DNA of 64,000 bases from an uncultured Methanosarcinaceae archaeon (lineage in GTDB: Archaea; Halobacteriota; Methanosarcinia; Methanosarcinales; Methanosarcinaceae). The notes under the pieces are model-generated. The model did no database searches. It saw only the letters and a list, made by a program, of their open reading frames with translations, and was not told where the DNA came from. The stretch's first letter is position 1; the number at the start of each line of letters is the position of its first letter. Of this stretch, positions 1 to 13,095 are shown in pieces. Both the position numbers and the translations under genes were made by a program. Location of the stretch: the NCBI GenBank assembly GCA_963733675.1, contig CAVTET010000003.1, positions 512,001-576,000 of the forward strand, in the 5' to 3' direction.

Positions 1-777
1 ATGATCTTGGATCAACAGTTAAAAAATACAGAGTATGCTGTATTGCAATTTGAGCCAACAATTACTCAAGAGTTATTAAGGCAAGCAACCAGTAGATTGG
101 AAGGCTTTTTCAATAGCCGTGCACGGTATGCTGAAGACGCCTTAAAAAAAGTAATCAAAAATGGAGTAAAGCAGTATGTTATTCTTGGAGCAGGAATGGA
201 TACATTTGCATTCAGACAACCTGAGATGATGGAACATTTGGAAGCGTTTGAGGTTGATCACCCAGCTACACAAAAATTTAAGCTTCATCGCCTTGCAGAG
301 TTAGGATGGAAACATCCAGCAAAATTACATTTTATTCCCATAGATTTCACAAAGGAAAGCCTGATGAAAGCACTAACTAACTCATCATCTTATGACCCAA
401 AAGTTAAAACCTTCTTTAATTGGCTTGGTGTCACTTACTTCTTGACCAGAGATGAAGTATTCACAACATTTCGTTCTATCAGGGAAATTGCTCCTGCAAA
501 TAGCACTATTGTCTTTGATTATCTTGATACTGATGCATTTATTCCTGAGAAATTGTCTGCACAAATGCAAAAATCGTTGGAGTATTTGAGGAAGATAGGT
601 GAACCGATGATAACTGGCTTCAATCCGTCAACGTTAGGAGACGAACTCACATGTTTAGGATTTAGTCTCAAAGAAAATTTAAGCCCAGAAGACATCGAAG
701 AACATTATTTCAAAGGACGTACAGGTGAATATCAAACCCAAGAATATGGGCACTTTGCATGTGCAGTTGTTAAATAA
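1..777 (+). CDS. Class I SAM-dependent methyltransferase (leucine carboxyl methyltransferase/TIGR00027-like); may be 5'-partial at the window edge
   Basis: Motifs RARYAED, QYVILGAGMDT, FEVDHP, IDF, WLGVTYFL and IVFDY are typical of this family. Confidence 0.85.
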   Translation: MILDQQLKNTEYAVLQFEPTITQELLRQATSRLEGFFNSRARYAEDALKKVIKNGVKQYVILGAGMDTFAFRQPEMMEHLEAFEVDHPATQKFKLHRLAELGWKHPAKLHFIPIDFTKESLMKALTNSSSYDPKVKTFFNWLGVTYFLTRDEVFTTFRSIREIAPANSTIVFDYLDTDAFIPEKLSAQMQKSLEYLRKIGEPMITGFNPSTLGDELTCLGFSLKENLSPEDIEEHYFKGRTGEYQTQEYGHFACAVVK

Positions 778-1351
778 TTAGGTATAACAATATGCCAATG
801 AAAATTCTAATTTATCCATGATTTTTCCTTGGGTGTTCTGTTCAAATTACGCAGAGATTGTCTTACAAAAACTATGCATTTATTAATTTAGCTTCTATTT
901 CTTTTATACCTAACTTTTGTTATACTGTTTGTGTTTTAGGGTGTAATATATTGGTAGCGATAGCAATATAATTACGAATTTTATTTCAAAACTAAAGTTT
1001 TCTTTCGTGATGAGATCAATTAACTTTTTTGATTGTGAAGATTTGCACTGATTTTGTAAAAAAGCCAGATTTTTTGCACCATAACCCGAAAATAAGAATA
1101 AATTATTAATATCAAATTGTTGTCCGATGTCAAAACATTTTATGGTGAAATAAGTTTTATTCATAAACCATTTTTTTAATAATTAATTTGAAATAACTAA
1201 GGAAGTAATTGTATATTGCAGACTAAAGGGGATTTCAATAAACATCCAAACTTTTTAAAATATTTAGAAATATTATATGAAATACTGGTAAAAATCAGAG
1301 AATCATCGAATCCCCAAAAGTTTAAGTCGTACATATAGTAGGACGAACGAA

Positions 1352-1546
1352 ATGCCAATTATTGAGATCAAAGTTCTTGAAAATGAATTCTCAGAGGACG
1401 ATAAGAAGAAGTTTATTGCTGATATTACAGATGTTTTAGTCACGTTTTTTGGAGAAAATTTGCGTAACCATATATGGGTTATAGTTCAAGAATTGAAGTC
1501 TGGAAATTTGGGTATAGGTGGAAGATTATTAGATCAGAGGACATAA
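1352..1546 (+). CDS. 4-oxalocrotonate tautomerase family protein (C-terminus probably frameshifted)
   Basis: N-terminal Pro after Met (MPIIEIKV), IWVIVQE..GNLGIGG, ~64 aa; another frame continues EDIKALRAGK to 1584. Confidence 0.8.
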   Translation: MPIIEIKVLENEFSEDDKKKFIADITDVLVTFFGENLRNHIWVIVQELKSGNLGIGGRLLDQRT

Positions 1547-1773
1547 AAGCTTTGCGAGCGGGGAAAGGAAGTCTAGAATTGTAGAAAAGTGTGAACTAAA
1601 ATCTCATTATTACTGCTAGCAAAAATTGTATGAACTTTTGATCTTCTGACTCTTGTATAATTGACACAATATCCCATATTAGGAGAGAGTATTTGTCAGT
1701 TTTTGGTTCCTATTTCTCATAAATCACAGGTTTATCAGGTTTTTTCCAATTCCTTTTTTATATATGTTATTTT

Positions 1774-1840
1774 GGTTCCGTTGCAAAAAATCCTTTCTAA
1801 TGATACAATAGAATAAAAAGGGTTCCGTTGCAAAAAATCC
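1774..1840 (+). repeat. Two direct copies of GGTTCCGTTGCAAAAAATCC, resembling IS6-family terminal repeats
   Basis: Identical 20-mers at 1774-1793 and 1821-1840; IS6 ends begin GG(T/C)(T/A)CTGTTGCAAA. Confidence 0.6.
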
Positions 1841-2199
1841 AAAAAAATATGTAAATCTATAAGTAATGAATAAAAATCAAAATATCCAAGAAAAATGTAC
1901 TAACATTATAAAACTATACCAAACAATTGATTAATGTATTTGACTTCATCAAAACCAAAGTAATTTAAATCATTTACTTGTTCTTTTTTGATCATATTCG
2001 AGTTATTATAGCCACAATATTTGTTATCTTCCTATTCATCTATTCATTTCTGATGAAAAATATCAAAACTTAGAAAAATATAGCATAAATTAGATAAAGG
2101 CCAATACTTTGAAAGGCAGCGAACTTAGGATATATCTAACAGAAGATCACCGATATGTGCAGCTCACTTACAAAAAAATTAACAATAATATCTTTACTA

Positions 2200-2480
2200 C
2201 TTTACTCTCCTTATTTTCTGTCGTAGGATGAGAGCTGAGAGAAAGACTAAAAGAAATCAGTGGAACTATACCAGACCAAATAAAGAAACAAACTCAAAAG
2301 TAAAACGTTGAAATTGGTATTACTTTTGATGACGGGGACTGCATGAGTCAAAATGGAAGTTGACTCAAAAAATGTAATTCAAATTATAAGCTTAAAATGA
2401 AATTTTTAAAAAGAGAATAATTTTGAAGGGAATTACTCATGAAAAATACGATTTTTGAGAAGATATCCGTGAAATGTCGG
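2200..2480 (+). mobile_element. IS1634-like transposase C-terminal remnant with right end
   Basis: Broken frames reading LRERLKEISGTIPDQIKKQTQK and KMEVDSKNVIQI; ends GAAATGTCGG; homologous to 47325-47452. Confidence 0.55.
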
Positions 2481-2579
2481 AGAAATAACTGAATTTGTAT
2501 TTAAATCGAAAATTATTTCGAAACATATATAAACTTCGATTTAAATCTAATACTAAATAATTTAGAAGAGAGACTAAAC

Positions 2580-3650
2580 ATGAAAACAGCCATCTTCCAT
2601 GATTATTTCGGAGCTATTGGCGGTGGAGAAAAAGTTGCAATCACTCTAGCTAAATTATTGAACGCTGATATTATTACTACAGATATGGATGCTGTTAATA
2701 AACTGGACACTGAAGTAGATGTTAAATCTCTTGGACATACACCGAAAATCCCCCCACTAAAACAGATATTTGCAACAAAAAAATTTTATTCTTCTGATTT
2801 TTCAAATGATTATGATTTTTTCATCTTTTCAGGAAACTGGAGCCATTATGCAACCCATAATCACCATCCTAATATGTGGTACTGCCACACGCCTGTAAGG
2901 GCATTTTATGACCTATACGATACTTTCTTACATAGACAAGATATTATAACCCGGCAGGCTTTTCGTTTGTGGGTTCATGGACATAGATGGATGGATCTAC
3001 AATCGGTGAAAAATATAGACCAACTTGTCACTAATTCAAGAAATACTCAGAAAAGAATTGAGAAATACTATCACAGAACTGCTGACATAATTTATCCTCC
3101 AGTTGATGTTTCAAAGTTTAAATATAAGGAGTACGGGGATTTTTGGCTCTCGGTAAATAGGCTTTACCCTGAAAAAAGAATCGAATTGCAAATAAATTCA
3201 TTTAGTGAAATGCCTGATGAAAAACTTCTCATCGTAGGTGGTTATGCAGAAGGCGATCACGCTGTAAAGTATGCAAAAAATATAATCAATGGGCTACCTC
3301 AAAACGTAAACATACTTGGAGAAATTTCCGAACATGAATTAATTGACCTTTACTCCAGATGCAAAGGCTTAATCTGTACAGCACTTGACGAAGACTTTGG
3401 TCTAACTCCTGTGGAAGCAATGGCAAGTGGAAAGGCTGTTGTCGCTGTGAACGAAGGTGGATTTAGGGAGACAGTCACAGAAAAAACGGGTCTTCTGATA
3501 AATGCAGATATCCATAGCATTATAGAAGCTGTCAAATTCATATCAAATAAGCCAGAAAGTTATAGAAAAGCCTGTCTTGAGCAGGCAAAACGATTTGATA
3601 TTTCGATTTTCAGCAAAAATATAAAAAATGTTATAAATAATGATTTTTAA
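2580..3650 (+). CDS. Glycosyltransferase family 4 (GT-B)
   Basis: GGGEKV, YCHTPVR, IYPPVD, RLYPEKR and [15 protein letters not shown] motifs. Confidence 0.92.
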   Translation: MKTAIFHDYFGAIGGGEKVAITLAKLLNADIITTDMDAVNKLDTEVDVKSLGHTPKIPPLKQIFATKKFYSSDFSNDYDFFIFSGNWSHYATHNHHPNMWYCHTPVRAFYDLYDTFLHRQDIITRQAFRLWVHGHRWMDLQSVKNIDQLVTNSRNTQKRIEKYYHRTADIIYPPVDVSKFKYKEYGDFWLSVNRLYPEKRIELQINSFSEMPDEKLLIVGGYAEGDHAVKYAKNIINGLPQNVNILGEISEHELIDLYSRCKGLICTALDEDFGLTPVEAMASGKAVVAVNEGGFRETVTEKTGLLINADIHSIIEAVKFISNKPESYRKACLEQAKRFDISIFSKNIKNVINNDF

Positions 3651-3759
3651 GCACCTGCAAGAGCTATATAGCTATAGAAATCTCATCTGACAATTTTCAT
3701 TGAGTGAAATTAAATTGATATATAAAAACTCTATACTGGGTTATTTCTGGTGTTTTCAA

Positions 3760-4270
3760 TAGTAAAAAAGCAGCTACATTAAGAAAATTTACTTCCCACG
3801 GGACATTTTTGTTATTTCTTCATGCATTGCAGCTCTGCTTATGAGTATCTTTGGGTCTGTGGTATTTATAATGTTTATGGTATTTTATAGGACATCAAGT
3901 TCCATCAACTTGGTATATGCACCGCTTTTCCTGTTCTTCTTGTGAATCATTTCACTTTGCCACTCTCTAGCGCTTTCGGCATTGAATGTATTTTACAGGG
4001 ATGTCCAGTTTACTGACAGGTATTTTTGCAGATTGGATTTTATTTAACTCCTATTAATCGATACCACCTACATATTTAGTAAAAATTTTCAGAGATTAAT
4101 CTTATTGAATCCAATTGCACGGATTATTATTTCTGCAAGGAATACTATTCTTTATTCTTCTCCAGCTAAAATTGAGGTTTTTTTATTTATGCTTCTATCA
4201 TCGATAGTCTTCCTTCTTATCGGATATATTATTTTTTTAGATTAGAATCCATATTGTGGAGGAGATCACA
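3760..4270 (+). pseudogene. ABC-2 polysaccharide export permease (Wzm-like) pseudogene
   Basis: Fragments IKKIYFPRDIFV, LALSALNVFYRDVQF, LQIGFYLTPI and LILLNPIARIIISARNTIL in broken frames. Confidence 0.75.
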
Positions 4271-4628
4271 AAATACATTCATTCATGGGCTGATGACCCT
4301 TCGCCTTCTCTTAATAAAAATCAAAAATTTGTAAATAAGTTAATTGTGTATTCTAGAAAATAGTTTAGATAGGAAATCATGTATGTCATTAGGAGTGATT
4401 TCATATACTCTTCTTTTTGTTTGCGTTTTGGTTGTAAAAACAAGATTAAGAAAATAAATTCCTATTGAACTACGGAAATTATTATTTTAAGTTGAGTTCA
4501 TTTGTAGAATCCGAATTCGTCCTAATATTTGCTGGTCATCCACAGAAAGTTAAAGCAAAGAGTTTTTGATGACCTGAAAACAGTACAAAATTAATTAATG
4601 AGGAACTAAATATTAACTGAGATTTCCA

Positions 4629-5570
4629 ATGCCTACAAAAAATAATATATTTGCGACGGATGGAGACGGTTTTATAGGGAGCCACTTGGTTGATCGTCTT
4701 ATAGAAGAAGAAAACAAGATTACTATTTTTGATAATCTGAGTTCAGGAAAAATTGGATTTATAGAGAAACATCTTGAAAACACTGATTTCACATTGATAA
4801 AAGGCGACCTTCTTGACCATGAAGTGGTAGAAAGAGCTTGCAGAGATATTGACCTAGTTTGTCATGTGGCCGCGAATCTGTATGTCAGGCTTGGGGCTTC
4901 AGATACTAAAATCCATTTCGATCAGAACATTTTGGCAACCTACAATCTTCTGGAAGCTATGCGGAAAAACAACGTTAAAAAAGTTGTATTTACTTCCATC
5001 TCTACAATTTATGGGCGGCACAGATAATGCCAACTCCAGAGAATTATGGTCATCTGATCCCTATATCCATTATACGGCGCTTCCAAACTTGCCTGTGAAG
5101 CTCTTGTTACCTCATACTCTCATACTTTTGATATGCAAGCGTGGATCTTCCGTTTTGCAAACATTGTCGGCCCCCATAGCACTCATGGGATTATTGTTGA
5201 TTTTATCCGAAAACTACGGGAAAATCCTACGCAGCTGGAAATTTTGGGCGATGGTCACAGGAAAAGTCCTATTTGCATGTATCAGAATGCATCAATTCGA
5301 TATTGTTTGCAATAGAAAAAAGCAGAGAAGATGTGAATATTTTCAATATTGGATCAGAGGATATTATCAGTTCTACCGGAATAGGGAGAGTGATTGTGGA
5401 AGAAATGGAACTTTTTGATATTAAGTTTCTCTACACTGGAGGAAGTAGGGGCTGGAAAGGAGACGTACCAAAGAGGAGATTAGACATCGAAAAACTCAAG
5501 GCCATTGGATGGAAGCCTGTCTATACCTCAGAAAAAGCGTGAGGGAAACTTCGAGAGCATTACTTACCTG
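4629..5570 (+). pseudogene. NAD-dependent epimerase/dehydratase (UDP-glucose 4-epimerase-like), multiply frameshifted
   Basis: Fragments 4629-5027, 5133-5315 and 5273-5542 are colinear pieces of one SDR; Rossmann GGAGFIG appears as DGDGFIG; YGASK lies in a shifted frame. Confidence 0.9.
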
Positions 5571-6634
5571 ATATAGGTTCATGTGACCCTTTAATTTCTC
5601 TAGTTATTGATTTTCGGAATAAGTCTTAATCTTTTCCCCCTGTTTTGTATGACGTTATTATTTTTTTATATTCCTGGACTACATATATACGGAGACCCGT
5701 CAAAAATGTCACAGCCCATTAATTATATCAGCTATATAGATTTTTTCGATACATATTCCATCTTTGATGTATCGATCTGCAGACTCTAAATATGATCGAT
5801 GAAACTTGCATTTTCTGAAGTAGGAATCTTTTTCATGTAATTATTGAGCGCTTCTCTTGTGAGTTAAGTACTTTCTCATTATATTTCAGTAAAGATTCTT
5901 AGAATAACCTTTTTAGCCTTTTTTCATAGCTTGTAAGTGATGTAAAATCATGGAATTTATTAACCTTAACAATATAGTTATATCCGTTTCTTTAAGCATC
6001 CCTTCTTGTTCCTTTGTTTTGATGCATAATCTAACTATTAGTTTCCATCAGGTCGTTTTTCTTTACCTTCTTGATCTTGTCTTCTGTATCTCTGGACCTA
6101 TCAAGGTTAATTTAGCGTTTACTATAATTAATGGGTGCTCTACAGTTTAAAATATTTTATTTAGTATGTAGTATAAAAAAGTTTAATAATTAGAACATCT
6201 GATTTTTATAAAGACAATCGCTACAAAACTTGAATGATCCAAAATTTGTGATCTAGAAAATCATAAACTCTATTTTTTGAGGGAGAAAAGATCTAAGATG
6301 ATATTAAATCTCAAGAATTCGAGATGAAATAATGAAACATCAAAATAAGAGGGTGACAATTTATCCAACTATTTTGATATATTATGCTCCACTTTTACAA
6401 TGGATGCCCTGGATAAAGAAAGGATAAATAGGCAATAATAAAATCTCTCAAGCAAACTATCTGAAAACATACGCAATAAACCTTTTAAATTCCTGGGTTG
6501 GGAACTCTATTTTTACACGGAACTCTCCCTTCAGGGGGAATTACAACCTATCAGAAATTAAAGTGTTAAGTTTACTGTGAAACTTGGTTATGAAATAAAC
6601 GAAAGTGAAATATGAATTATTGAAAAGTAGTACA

Positions 6635-6830
6635 GATGCTGAAAAATAATCTCATTTGCTTTAGGATCAACCAAAATGATGAGTCTACACTCTCAAATTA
6701 CAGAATCCTCCTTAAATAAATGTGACACAGGAAGAAGCTGAAAAACAATATTTTTTTGCTTTAGAAGCCGACCAAAATGACACAAGGAAGGGCTGAAAAA
6801 CAATATCAGCTTTCAATTGGATTATATCCT
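6635..6830 (+). pseudogene. Degenerate TPR-repeat fragment
   Basis: Three copies of GCTGAAAAA(C/T)AAT reading (E)AEKQY..ALEAD, broken by stops. Confidence 0.45.
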
Positions 6831-7475
6831 AAAACCCCTAATTCCATGGTGATTACGGTTTAAGTCCACTTTTGGAGAAAACACGATGAAGGCATTACGA
6901 AAACCTTGGTATTTATCATTAATAATATATTTAATTTGGGAAATTTATATAAATAGAGTGAAATATTTCCCGTTTATAGCTCATCATAGACCACTTTATC
7001 AATTTGAGTACAAATCCATCTAATTTAGAAGGTTGTTGCAATTATCTTTTTTTCCTTAGGTATTAGCTGTTTTAGATGGTGACCTCAAGTAAGGTGGGAA
7101 GGCCTATATAATAAATGAGCTGGGGTCCTTTTAGGATTGAGATTACAAGATTTGCATTTTTGTGACTATCTTGTTTTGTCTCGTTCAGATACTGTATGCT
7201 TTATTTACAGGTCTACCATCAACCAGGGTTCTTATGAATGTGGTCACTAATACCTTGATAGTAGGATCACCCAAGCTAATGAGAAGAAGAAAATTAAATT
7301 CTGACTTCCTAAACCACTTTGAACTAGGGCCATGTAATGACAGCTGATTTGGGTTCGCACACAATAAAGGTATAAGCTTTTAGCTGGTAATTTACGAAAA
7401 ACAAGCATTATTAATGATCAAGGCTATTCTGTATACTTGTGAGATAGTTGTACTATAAACGAAGCCTCTGAGTCT

Positions 7476-8015
7476 CTAGCTTAGGGGGTAGTTCACTTCA
7501 TGTATCATTTCAAGATAAGACTTCCGGATAGAATCCTTTTCCTCGAAGCCAAATTGTTTCAGGAATTCGAATAATTTCTGCCTTGAAATCTCTATATATT
7601 TTTCGTTTTTAGTGATGATTTCGACTTCCAGAAATTGTCCTAAATTATCAACTGCATCAAGGCAGACAATTATCTCTCCGACCTTGAAGACTTCTCTTAT
7701 TTTGCTTACTATCCCAGCTTCCGAGAATCCAAGGGCATTAAATACTCTTTTGGCAGTGACTCCATCAACAGGAGTTTCGAGTTCTTCCCTGGTTTTGGAG
7801 ACGCCATCAAGTTTAGGGCCTTTGTACGTCAGCACAGCTTGCCCTTCCAGGGAACGAATCCTGAGAACTTCGTCGGTTTTTGTAAAATCCCTGTGAGGAG
7901 CTGCAAAATAAATATCTGATTGATCTTCAACCTTTACTCTTATTGCCCCGATTTTCTTAAGGATAGGAAGGGCTTTGTCATGATCCACTTTGACCTTAAC
8001 TTCCACTTCAATCAT
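7476..8015 (-). CDS. cyaB: Class IV adenylate cyclase / CYTH-domain protein
   Basis: N-terminal EVEVK (ExExK), DIYF, LRIR, TYKGPK, REELET, LDAV..LG.FLEVE and SYLE. Confidence 0.92.
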   Translation of the reverse strand: MIEVEVKVKVDHDKALPILKKIGAIRVKVEDQSDIYFAAPHRDFTKTDEVLRIRSLEGQAVLTYKGPKLDGVSKTREELETPVDGVTAKRVFNALGFSEAGIVSKIREVFKVGEIIVCLDAVDNLGQFLEVEIITKNEKYIEISRQKLFEFLKQFGFEEKDSIRKSYLEMIHEVNYPLS

Positions 8016-8106
8016 AGTTTTCGATATCTCCAGTTATATCCAATTAAAGCCAGAAAAACCTCATTTAATAAATATGCTAAATAGTATTCAAAAAATTTGG
8101 ATCTTT

Positions 8107-8505
8107 TCATGTTTCTGCAGGAACAAATTTGGTGCCGTAATATATCATGCCACGTTCGCCACCTTCACCAAGTTTGCGAAAAACGGATTTAACCCGCATT
8201 CCTATATACATTTTTTCAGGATCTCCTACAATCTGTGCTGTCATTCTGGATCCTTCATCCAGCTTGATTATCGCAAGGGTGTAGGGGGCCTGGCTCTCAA
8301 AACCCTCTGCAGCTGTGCGAATTAGTGTGTAGGTCACTATTTCGCCTGTGCCTTTAAACTTGTAGTGTTCAATCTGACCCGACCGTCTGCAGTTCACGCA
8401 AAAATTGCGTGGCGGATAAAAATAATTTCCACATTCTTTACAGTGAGTACCTTCAAGATTATACCTACTGGCAAGATTTCTCCAGAATCTTGGAACAGAA
8501 GACAT
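8107..8505 (-). CDS. DUF35 Zn-ribbon/OB-fold scaffold protein of the thiolase-HMGCS complex
   Basis: CKECG..YPPR..CVNC, OB-fold and YGTKF; adjacent to thiolase. Confidence 0.93.
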   Translation of the reverse strand: MSSVPRFWRNLASRYNLEGTHCKECGNYFYPPRNFCVNCRRSGQIEHYKFKGTGEIVTYTLIRTAAEGFESQAPYTLAIIKLDEGSRMTAQIVGDPEKMYIGMRVKSVFRKLGEGGERGMIYYGTKFVPAET

Positions 8506-8511
8506 CGGATA

Positions 8512-9684
8512 TCACCTCTCCCTCGAGAAAATGTGTACTACTGCTGTTGCTCCTGACCCTCCTACGTTGTGGGTCATTCCATACTCTGCACCTTCTACCT
8601 GGCGTTTGCCTGCTTCCCCACGTAATTGGGTTACGACTTCGACTGCCTGTTTTACACCTGTTGCTCCTACAGGATGTCCACAGGCTTTGAGCCCACCAGA
8701 AGTGTTGACCGGAATCCGACCTCCGATCACAGTTTCTTCATTTGCAGTGACAATTCCTCCTTTTCCTTTTTCTGCGAAGCCGAGATCTTCGATAGCGCAG
8801 ATCTCGGCAATTGTAAAGCAATCGTGTACTTCCACAAGGTCAATGTCTTCAGGCCTTAATTTTGCCATGGAATATGCCCTCTTTGCGGCTATTACGGTTG
8901 AATCAAGAGTTGTAATATCCATTCTGTCATGAAGTGCAATAGTGTCACTTGCCTGGGCTGTCGCCTTGATATAAATGGGAGTGTCGGTATATTTTAAGGC
9001 AAGCTCAGCAGGAGCTAGAACGAGAGCTGAAGCCCCATCTGTAATTGGAGAGCAGTCTAAAATATGCAATGGGTCAGCTACCATTATGGAATTCAATACA
9101 TCGTCGACAGTAATTATGTTTTTATACTGAGCAATGGGATTAAAATGGCCGTTCTTATGATTTTTGACGGCAACCTCTGCAAGTTGTTCGCTAGTAGTTC
9201 CATATCTGTGCATGTGCAGCTTTGCAATCATTGCATAAAGACCAGGAAAAGTTGCCCCTGCCATACCTTCCCATTCCCGATCAGCTGCTGATGCAAGAGC
9301 TGAAGATGCTTCCTCAGATCCGACATCAGTCATCTTTTCTGCCCCTGCTGCAACAACTATGTCACTATAACCAGACGCTATAGACATTATAGCCTGACGT
9401 AGGGCAAGTCCACCAGATGCACAGGCAGCTTCCACTCTGGTAGCTGGAATATGGAGGTTCTTAGAAAGTCCGGAATAATCTGCAATAAGGGCTCCTATGT
9501 GTTCCTGGTCAACAAAACGACCTCCACTCATGTTTCCTACATATAGAGCGTCGATTTCTTTTCCACTAGCACCTGCATCTTCGATCGCCCCGATACCAGC
9601 TTCTACAACTATGTCCCTCAGGGATTGGTCCCAAAGCTCCCCAAAAGTTGTATTTTTTACTCCAATTATTGCAACGTCTCTCAT
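8512..9684 (-). CDS. Acetyl-CoA acetyltransferase (archaeal thiolase)
   Basis: [22 protein letters not shown] and HNVGG motifs. Confidence 0.95.
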   Translation of the reverse strand: MRDVAIIGVKNTTFGELWDQSLRDIVVEAGIGAIEDAGASGKEIDALYVGNMSGGRFVDQEHIGALIADYSGLSKNLHIPATRVEAACASGGLALRQAIMSIASGYSDIVVAAGAEKMTDVGSEEASSALASAADREWEGMAGATFPGLYAMIAKLHMHRYGTTSEQLAEVAVKNHKNGHFNPIAQYKNIITVDDVLNSIMVADPLHILDCSPITDGASALVLAPAELALKYTDTPIYIKATAQASDTIALHDRMDITTLDSTVIAAKRAYSMAKLRPEDIDLVEVHDCFTIAEICAIEDLGFAEKGKGGIVTANEETVIGGRIPVNTSGGLKACGHPVGATGVKQAVEVVTQLRGEAGKRQVEGAEYGMTHNVGGSGATAVVHIFSRER

Positions 9685-9699
9685 CCTCCCCCTCCGTTT

Positions 9700-10749
9700 T
9701 CAACCAAGGCGAATCTTTCCTTTATGCTTAGCATATCTTGCATAGTCGATATATATCGGATTCTTAATTAATTCGGAAACTTTTGGGGCTCTGTTTCGGA
9801 TTTCCTTTATTTTGTCTGTAACTGTTATGCTAAAAGCGTCGGCTCCAGCTCCAGAACCAAAAGCAGTTGCAAAAATCCGATCCCCTGGCTTTGCTTCATC
9901 AAGAGTTGCAGCGATTCCCATAAGGCAGGACCCAGAGTAGGTGTTTCCGATCTTTGGAACCACAAACCCAGGTGCAATCTGGGGTGTGGTGAAACCAAGC
10001 ATTTTTGCAACTTTACTCGGAAATTTTCCGTTTGGCTGGTGAAAAACTGCATAATCATAATCTTCTGGCTTTGTTCTGAGTTTTTTTAGAAGGCCTTTTG
10101 CGCAGTTAATCACATGCTTGAAGTAACCTGGCTCCCCAGTAAATCGGCCTCCATGCTCAGGATAGGGCATTCCTTCCCGTCGCCAGAAGTCAGGGGTATC
10201 AGTTGTATAGGAATAAGTAGCCTCAATGATTGCGGCAAGCTCATCTTCTTTTCTCCCAATGATACAAGCAACCCCACCAGCAGCTGCAGTGTACTCAAGG
10301 GCATCACTTGGGGCCCCCTGGGAAACATCTGCTCCGATGGCCATACCCAAATCTATCATCTGTGAACCTACTAATCCCATACAAGCCTGAACCGCAGCTG
10401 TTCCTGCCTTGCAAGCAAACTCAAAATCTGCTGCAGTCATTTCTGGGGTTGCTCCAATGGCCTGAGCAACAATGGTACTTGTTGGTTTCACAGCATATGG
10501 ATGACTTTCCGAGCCCGTATATACCGCCCCAATTCTATCGGGGTTGATCTCGCTTCTTGCCATTGCGGATCTTGCAGCTTCCACGGCTATGGTTGCGGTG
10601 TCTTCATCGACATCAGGCACTGACTTTTCATAGACCATGAGGCCGTTTTTAAGAGCTTCTGCATCATCGCCCCAGAGCCGGGCTATTTCCTCTAGCTTTA
10701 TACGGTATCTTGGAATATAAGCACCATAAGATACGATTCCAATAGTCAT
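9700..10749 (-). CDS. hmgB: Hydroxymethylglutaryl-CoA synthase
   Basis: [28 protein letters not shown] and GNTYSG; start placed at MTIGIVSY with upstream AGGTGA. Confidence 0.95.
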   Translation of the reverse strand: MTIGIVSYGAYIPRYRIKLEEIARLWGDDAEALKNGLMVYEKSVPDVDEDTATIAVEAARSAMARSEINPDRIGAVYTGSESHPYAVKPTSTIVAQAIGATPEMTAADFEFACKAGTAAVQACMGLVGSQMIDLGMAIGADVSQGAPSDALEYTAAAGGVACIIGRKEDELAAIIEATYSYTTDTPDFWRREGMPYPEHGGRFTGEPGYFKHVINCAKGLLKKLRTKPEDYDYAVFHQPNGKFPSKVAKMLGFTTPQIAPGFVVPKIGNTYSGSCLMGIAATLDEAKPGDRIFATAFGSGAGADAFSITVTDKIKEIRNRAPKVSELIKNPIYIDYARYAKHKGKIRLG

Positions 10750-10796
10750 GTTTTCACCTGTTTTTGATTGCTTCAGGGCATCAGTTCCCAGTCTCT

Positions 10797-11537
10797 TCAT
10801 TCCCCTGCATAGTATTGACTGTACTTTTTCAGAAGCTGGACGGTTTGATCGATACTCATTGTAGTTGCGACCAAGGGTATGCGGTCAACTTCTGCCATTT
10901 TTACTGCCCCAGGTTCAACCTCTTCTTTCCGAAGTCCATGTAGTACTACTGCTCCGGGTTTGAGATTTGTAACTCGAATGGCTACCATGGGAGATTTCCC
11001 AGTGCTAACTTTCGTAAATATCATGGCTCTGTCCGTACTCCAGCCATAAAGCTTCTGGAATTCATGGGAAGAGAGCTCCAGGATGGCTCTCTGGCTGTCA
11101 ATGACAGAGAAACCATAAAGAGGTTTTTCAATTCCTTTAAAGATAACTTCTCCTTCTATTAGGTTGACCAGTTTAGCAAGCTGTATCGGAAAAGTATACT
11201 CGTATGTTGAGTAGATGGATTTTGTACTATTTTCAGAGCTAAGTATTGACTCGTAAGCGTGAATTTTCTTGCTTCCCCTATCTATATCAATTTCAAGAAG
11301 AGATTCCACAATTTTCTTGATTATCAGCGTTCCTGGCGATTTTCTCCTTCCACTTTCATAATCGCTGATAACAGAAGGTGATACCTTAAGGTAATTTGCA
11401 ATATCTGTCTGGGATATCTCGAAATTTGACCTCCATTTTTTCAGTGACTCTCCAGGTTTTTCTGAAAGAGTAATATCTCCAGCCATTTTTTCCGCTAGGC
11501 GATTGCGCAAATTTTCTGAGGATTCATTGGGTGCCAT
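10797..11537 (-). CDS. HTH (XRE/Cro) transcriptional regulator conserved upstream of archaeal HMG-CoA synthase
   Basis: [31 protein letters not shown]; C-terminal [12 protein letters not shown]. Confidence 0.88.
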   Translation of the reverse strand: MAPNESSENLRNRLAEKMAGDITLSEKPGESLKKWRSNFEISQTDIANYLKVSPSVISDYESGRRKSPGTLIIKKIVESLLEIDIDRGSKKIHAYESILSSENSTKSIYSTYEYTFPIQLAKLVNLIEGEVIFKGIEKPLYGFSVIDSQRAILELSSHEFQKLYGWSTDRAMIFTKVSTGKSPMVAIRVTNLKPGAVVLHGLRKEEVEPGAVKMAEVDRIPLVATTMSIDQTVQLLKKYSQYYAGE

Positions 11538-12384
11538 GACTTATGTATTCTAAGAGGAAACATTACCATATATATCTAACGAATATAGATTCGTCAATTG
11601 TCGCAGAGCAATATCAATATATTCATATAGTAATGTTCTTCAAAAAAGTGTCATATTTGCAAATAAATTAATATAGTACTTTTAGCTAATTAGTACAATC
11701 ATAAAATTACAGAAAATACATAAAAAGGAGTATTAGGACATTTTTTACTTATTATTGGTTTTGACTTTGAATAGCTTGCAAATTTAATAGGATTTGAGCT
11801 TTTCATTACCAAACATCTTGATTTATTTTAACCATGCAAAATTACTTCCATAATGGACGACGAATAGGTAATTAGGGATAGTATGTTTTTGAACTTTAGC
11901 TATATGTTCGTTCTTATAGCACCAAGGTTCACTTTTTGATGTATAATCTACATATTATTTTCCTAAAACCATAAATCTTTAATTATTTGTCACTTTTTTA
12001 ATTTGGAATCAGATATTTTAAATTTCTTTTCAAGGAATCAACTTAATTCTGTGTATATCAAATGCGAGGATAACTATCATCTATTGATATTGGCTCTGAA
12101 AGTATTTTCCTTAACTCAGAAAGTCTTTCGTCTGTTGAATGAAATTTTACACATGACCGGGTTTATATTTAAGGAGAATTTTTTTTCAAGACGAATTATT
12201 TGACGATAACTGCTGTCTGTTGATTGAACAATCGTCTACAATTTTAGCTGGGCTTAAATCATTTGTTGACCAATAATAAAGCTTGAAGTCTCTCATCTGG
12301 TTTTTGCTGTATGAACTAATAGTTGCTTTAGCATTATAATCCATAATATATTATACAAACTCAGAATCAATTTAATCGTACCTA

Positions 12385-12486
12385 TCTTAGAGAGGATTTC
12401 GATAAACCTCTAAATTTTGTCATATGGTTACAAATTATATCTAAATTGGTCGTAAAAATTAGAGGAATCTCTAAATCTTCTAAAGA
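12385..12486. mobile_element. Possible ~100-bp MITE with imperfect terminal inverted repeats
   Basis: TCTTAGAGAGGATTT..CCTCTAAATTTT at left versus AAAATTAGAGG..AAATCTTCTAAAGA at right. Confidence 0.35.
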
Positions 12487-13095
12487 TAAAGAATATCGCA
12501 TTATATTTAGAAAATGTTATATTTAGTTTGTTATAATTGGCCAAGAAAAGTATATTTTGGCACCAAATTTTTAAATTATATTTTTAAGTTTTTGTGTCAA
12601 GGCTTGAACGAATTGTTTTGAAATAAACCTCCCTTGCCCACTCTAAAGTTATAAATAAGTGTTCGTTAAACGCCGATAACCCTCGCAAAGAGCTTGAAGC
12701 TTCTTTTCACCAGAAATACATGATCTACAATTTCGGTTCTTCCGAAGAACTTAAATGGTTGAGAGGAAGATTTGAGAGAACTTAATATTGTTGAAAGGGA
12801 GATTTTCGATGAATTTGAGGCTTTCCACAGATTTGCACAAGAACACTATTCATTTTCTAAATATGAAAGTATAATCAAAATTAAATTGACTTTCAATAAA
12901 GCAATAGTGAACAAATAGGTAAACAAATTCTACATATGGGGGCATCTGCGGGATATAATACATAGTTGCAGTTATATATTACTCAAAATATGATGTAGAT
13001 GCAAGAATATATTTCATTAATCCTTTCCTGAAGGATGTTAAGGATAAAGAGACTTCATTTAGGGAAATCATCAGGGATGTTCAAGCGTGGTAAGT

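Noticed and set aside
4864-5418. 184-aa ORF inside the epimerase region
   Set aside because: Mostly an off-frame reading of the frameshifted pseudogene.
7612-10547. Plus-strand ORFs overlapping cyaB, thiolase and HMG-CoA synthase
   Set aside because: Antisense shadows of well-conserved genes.
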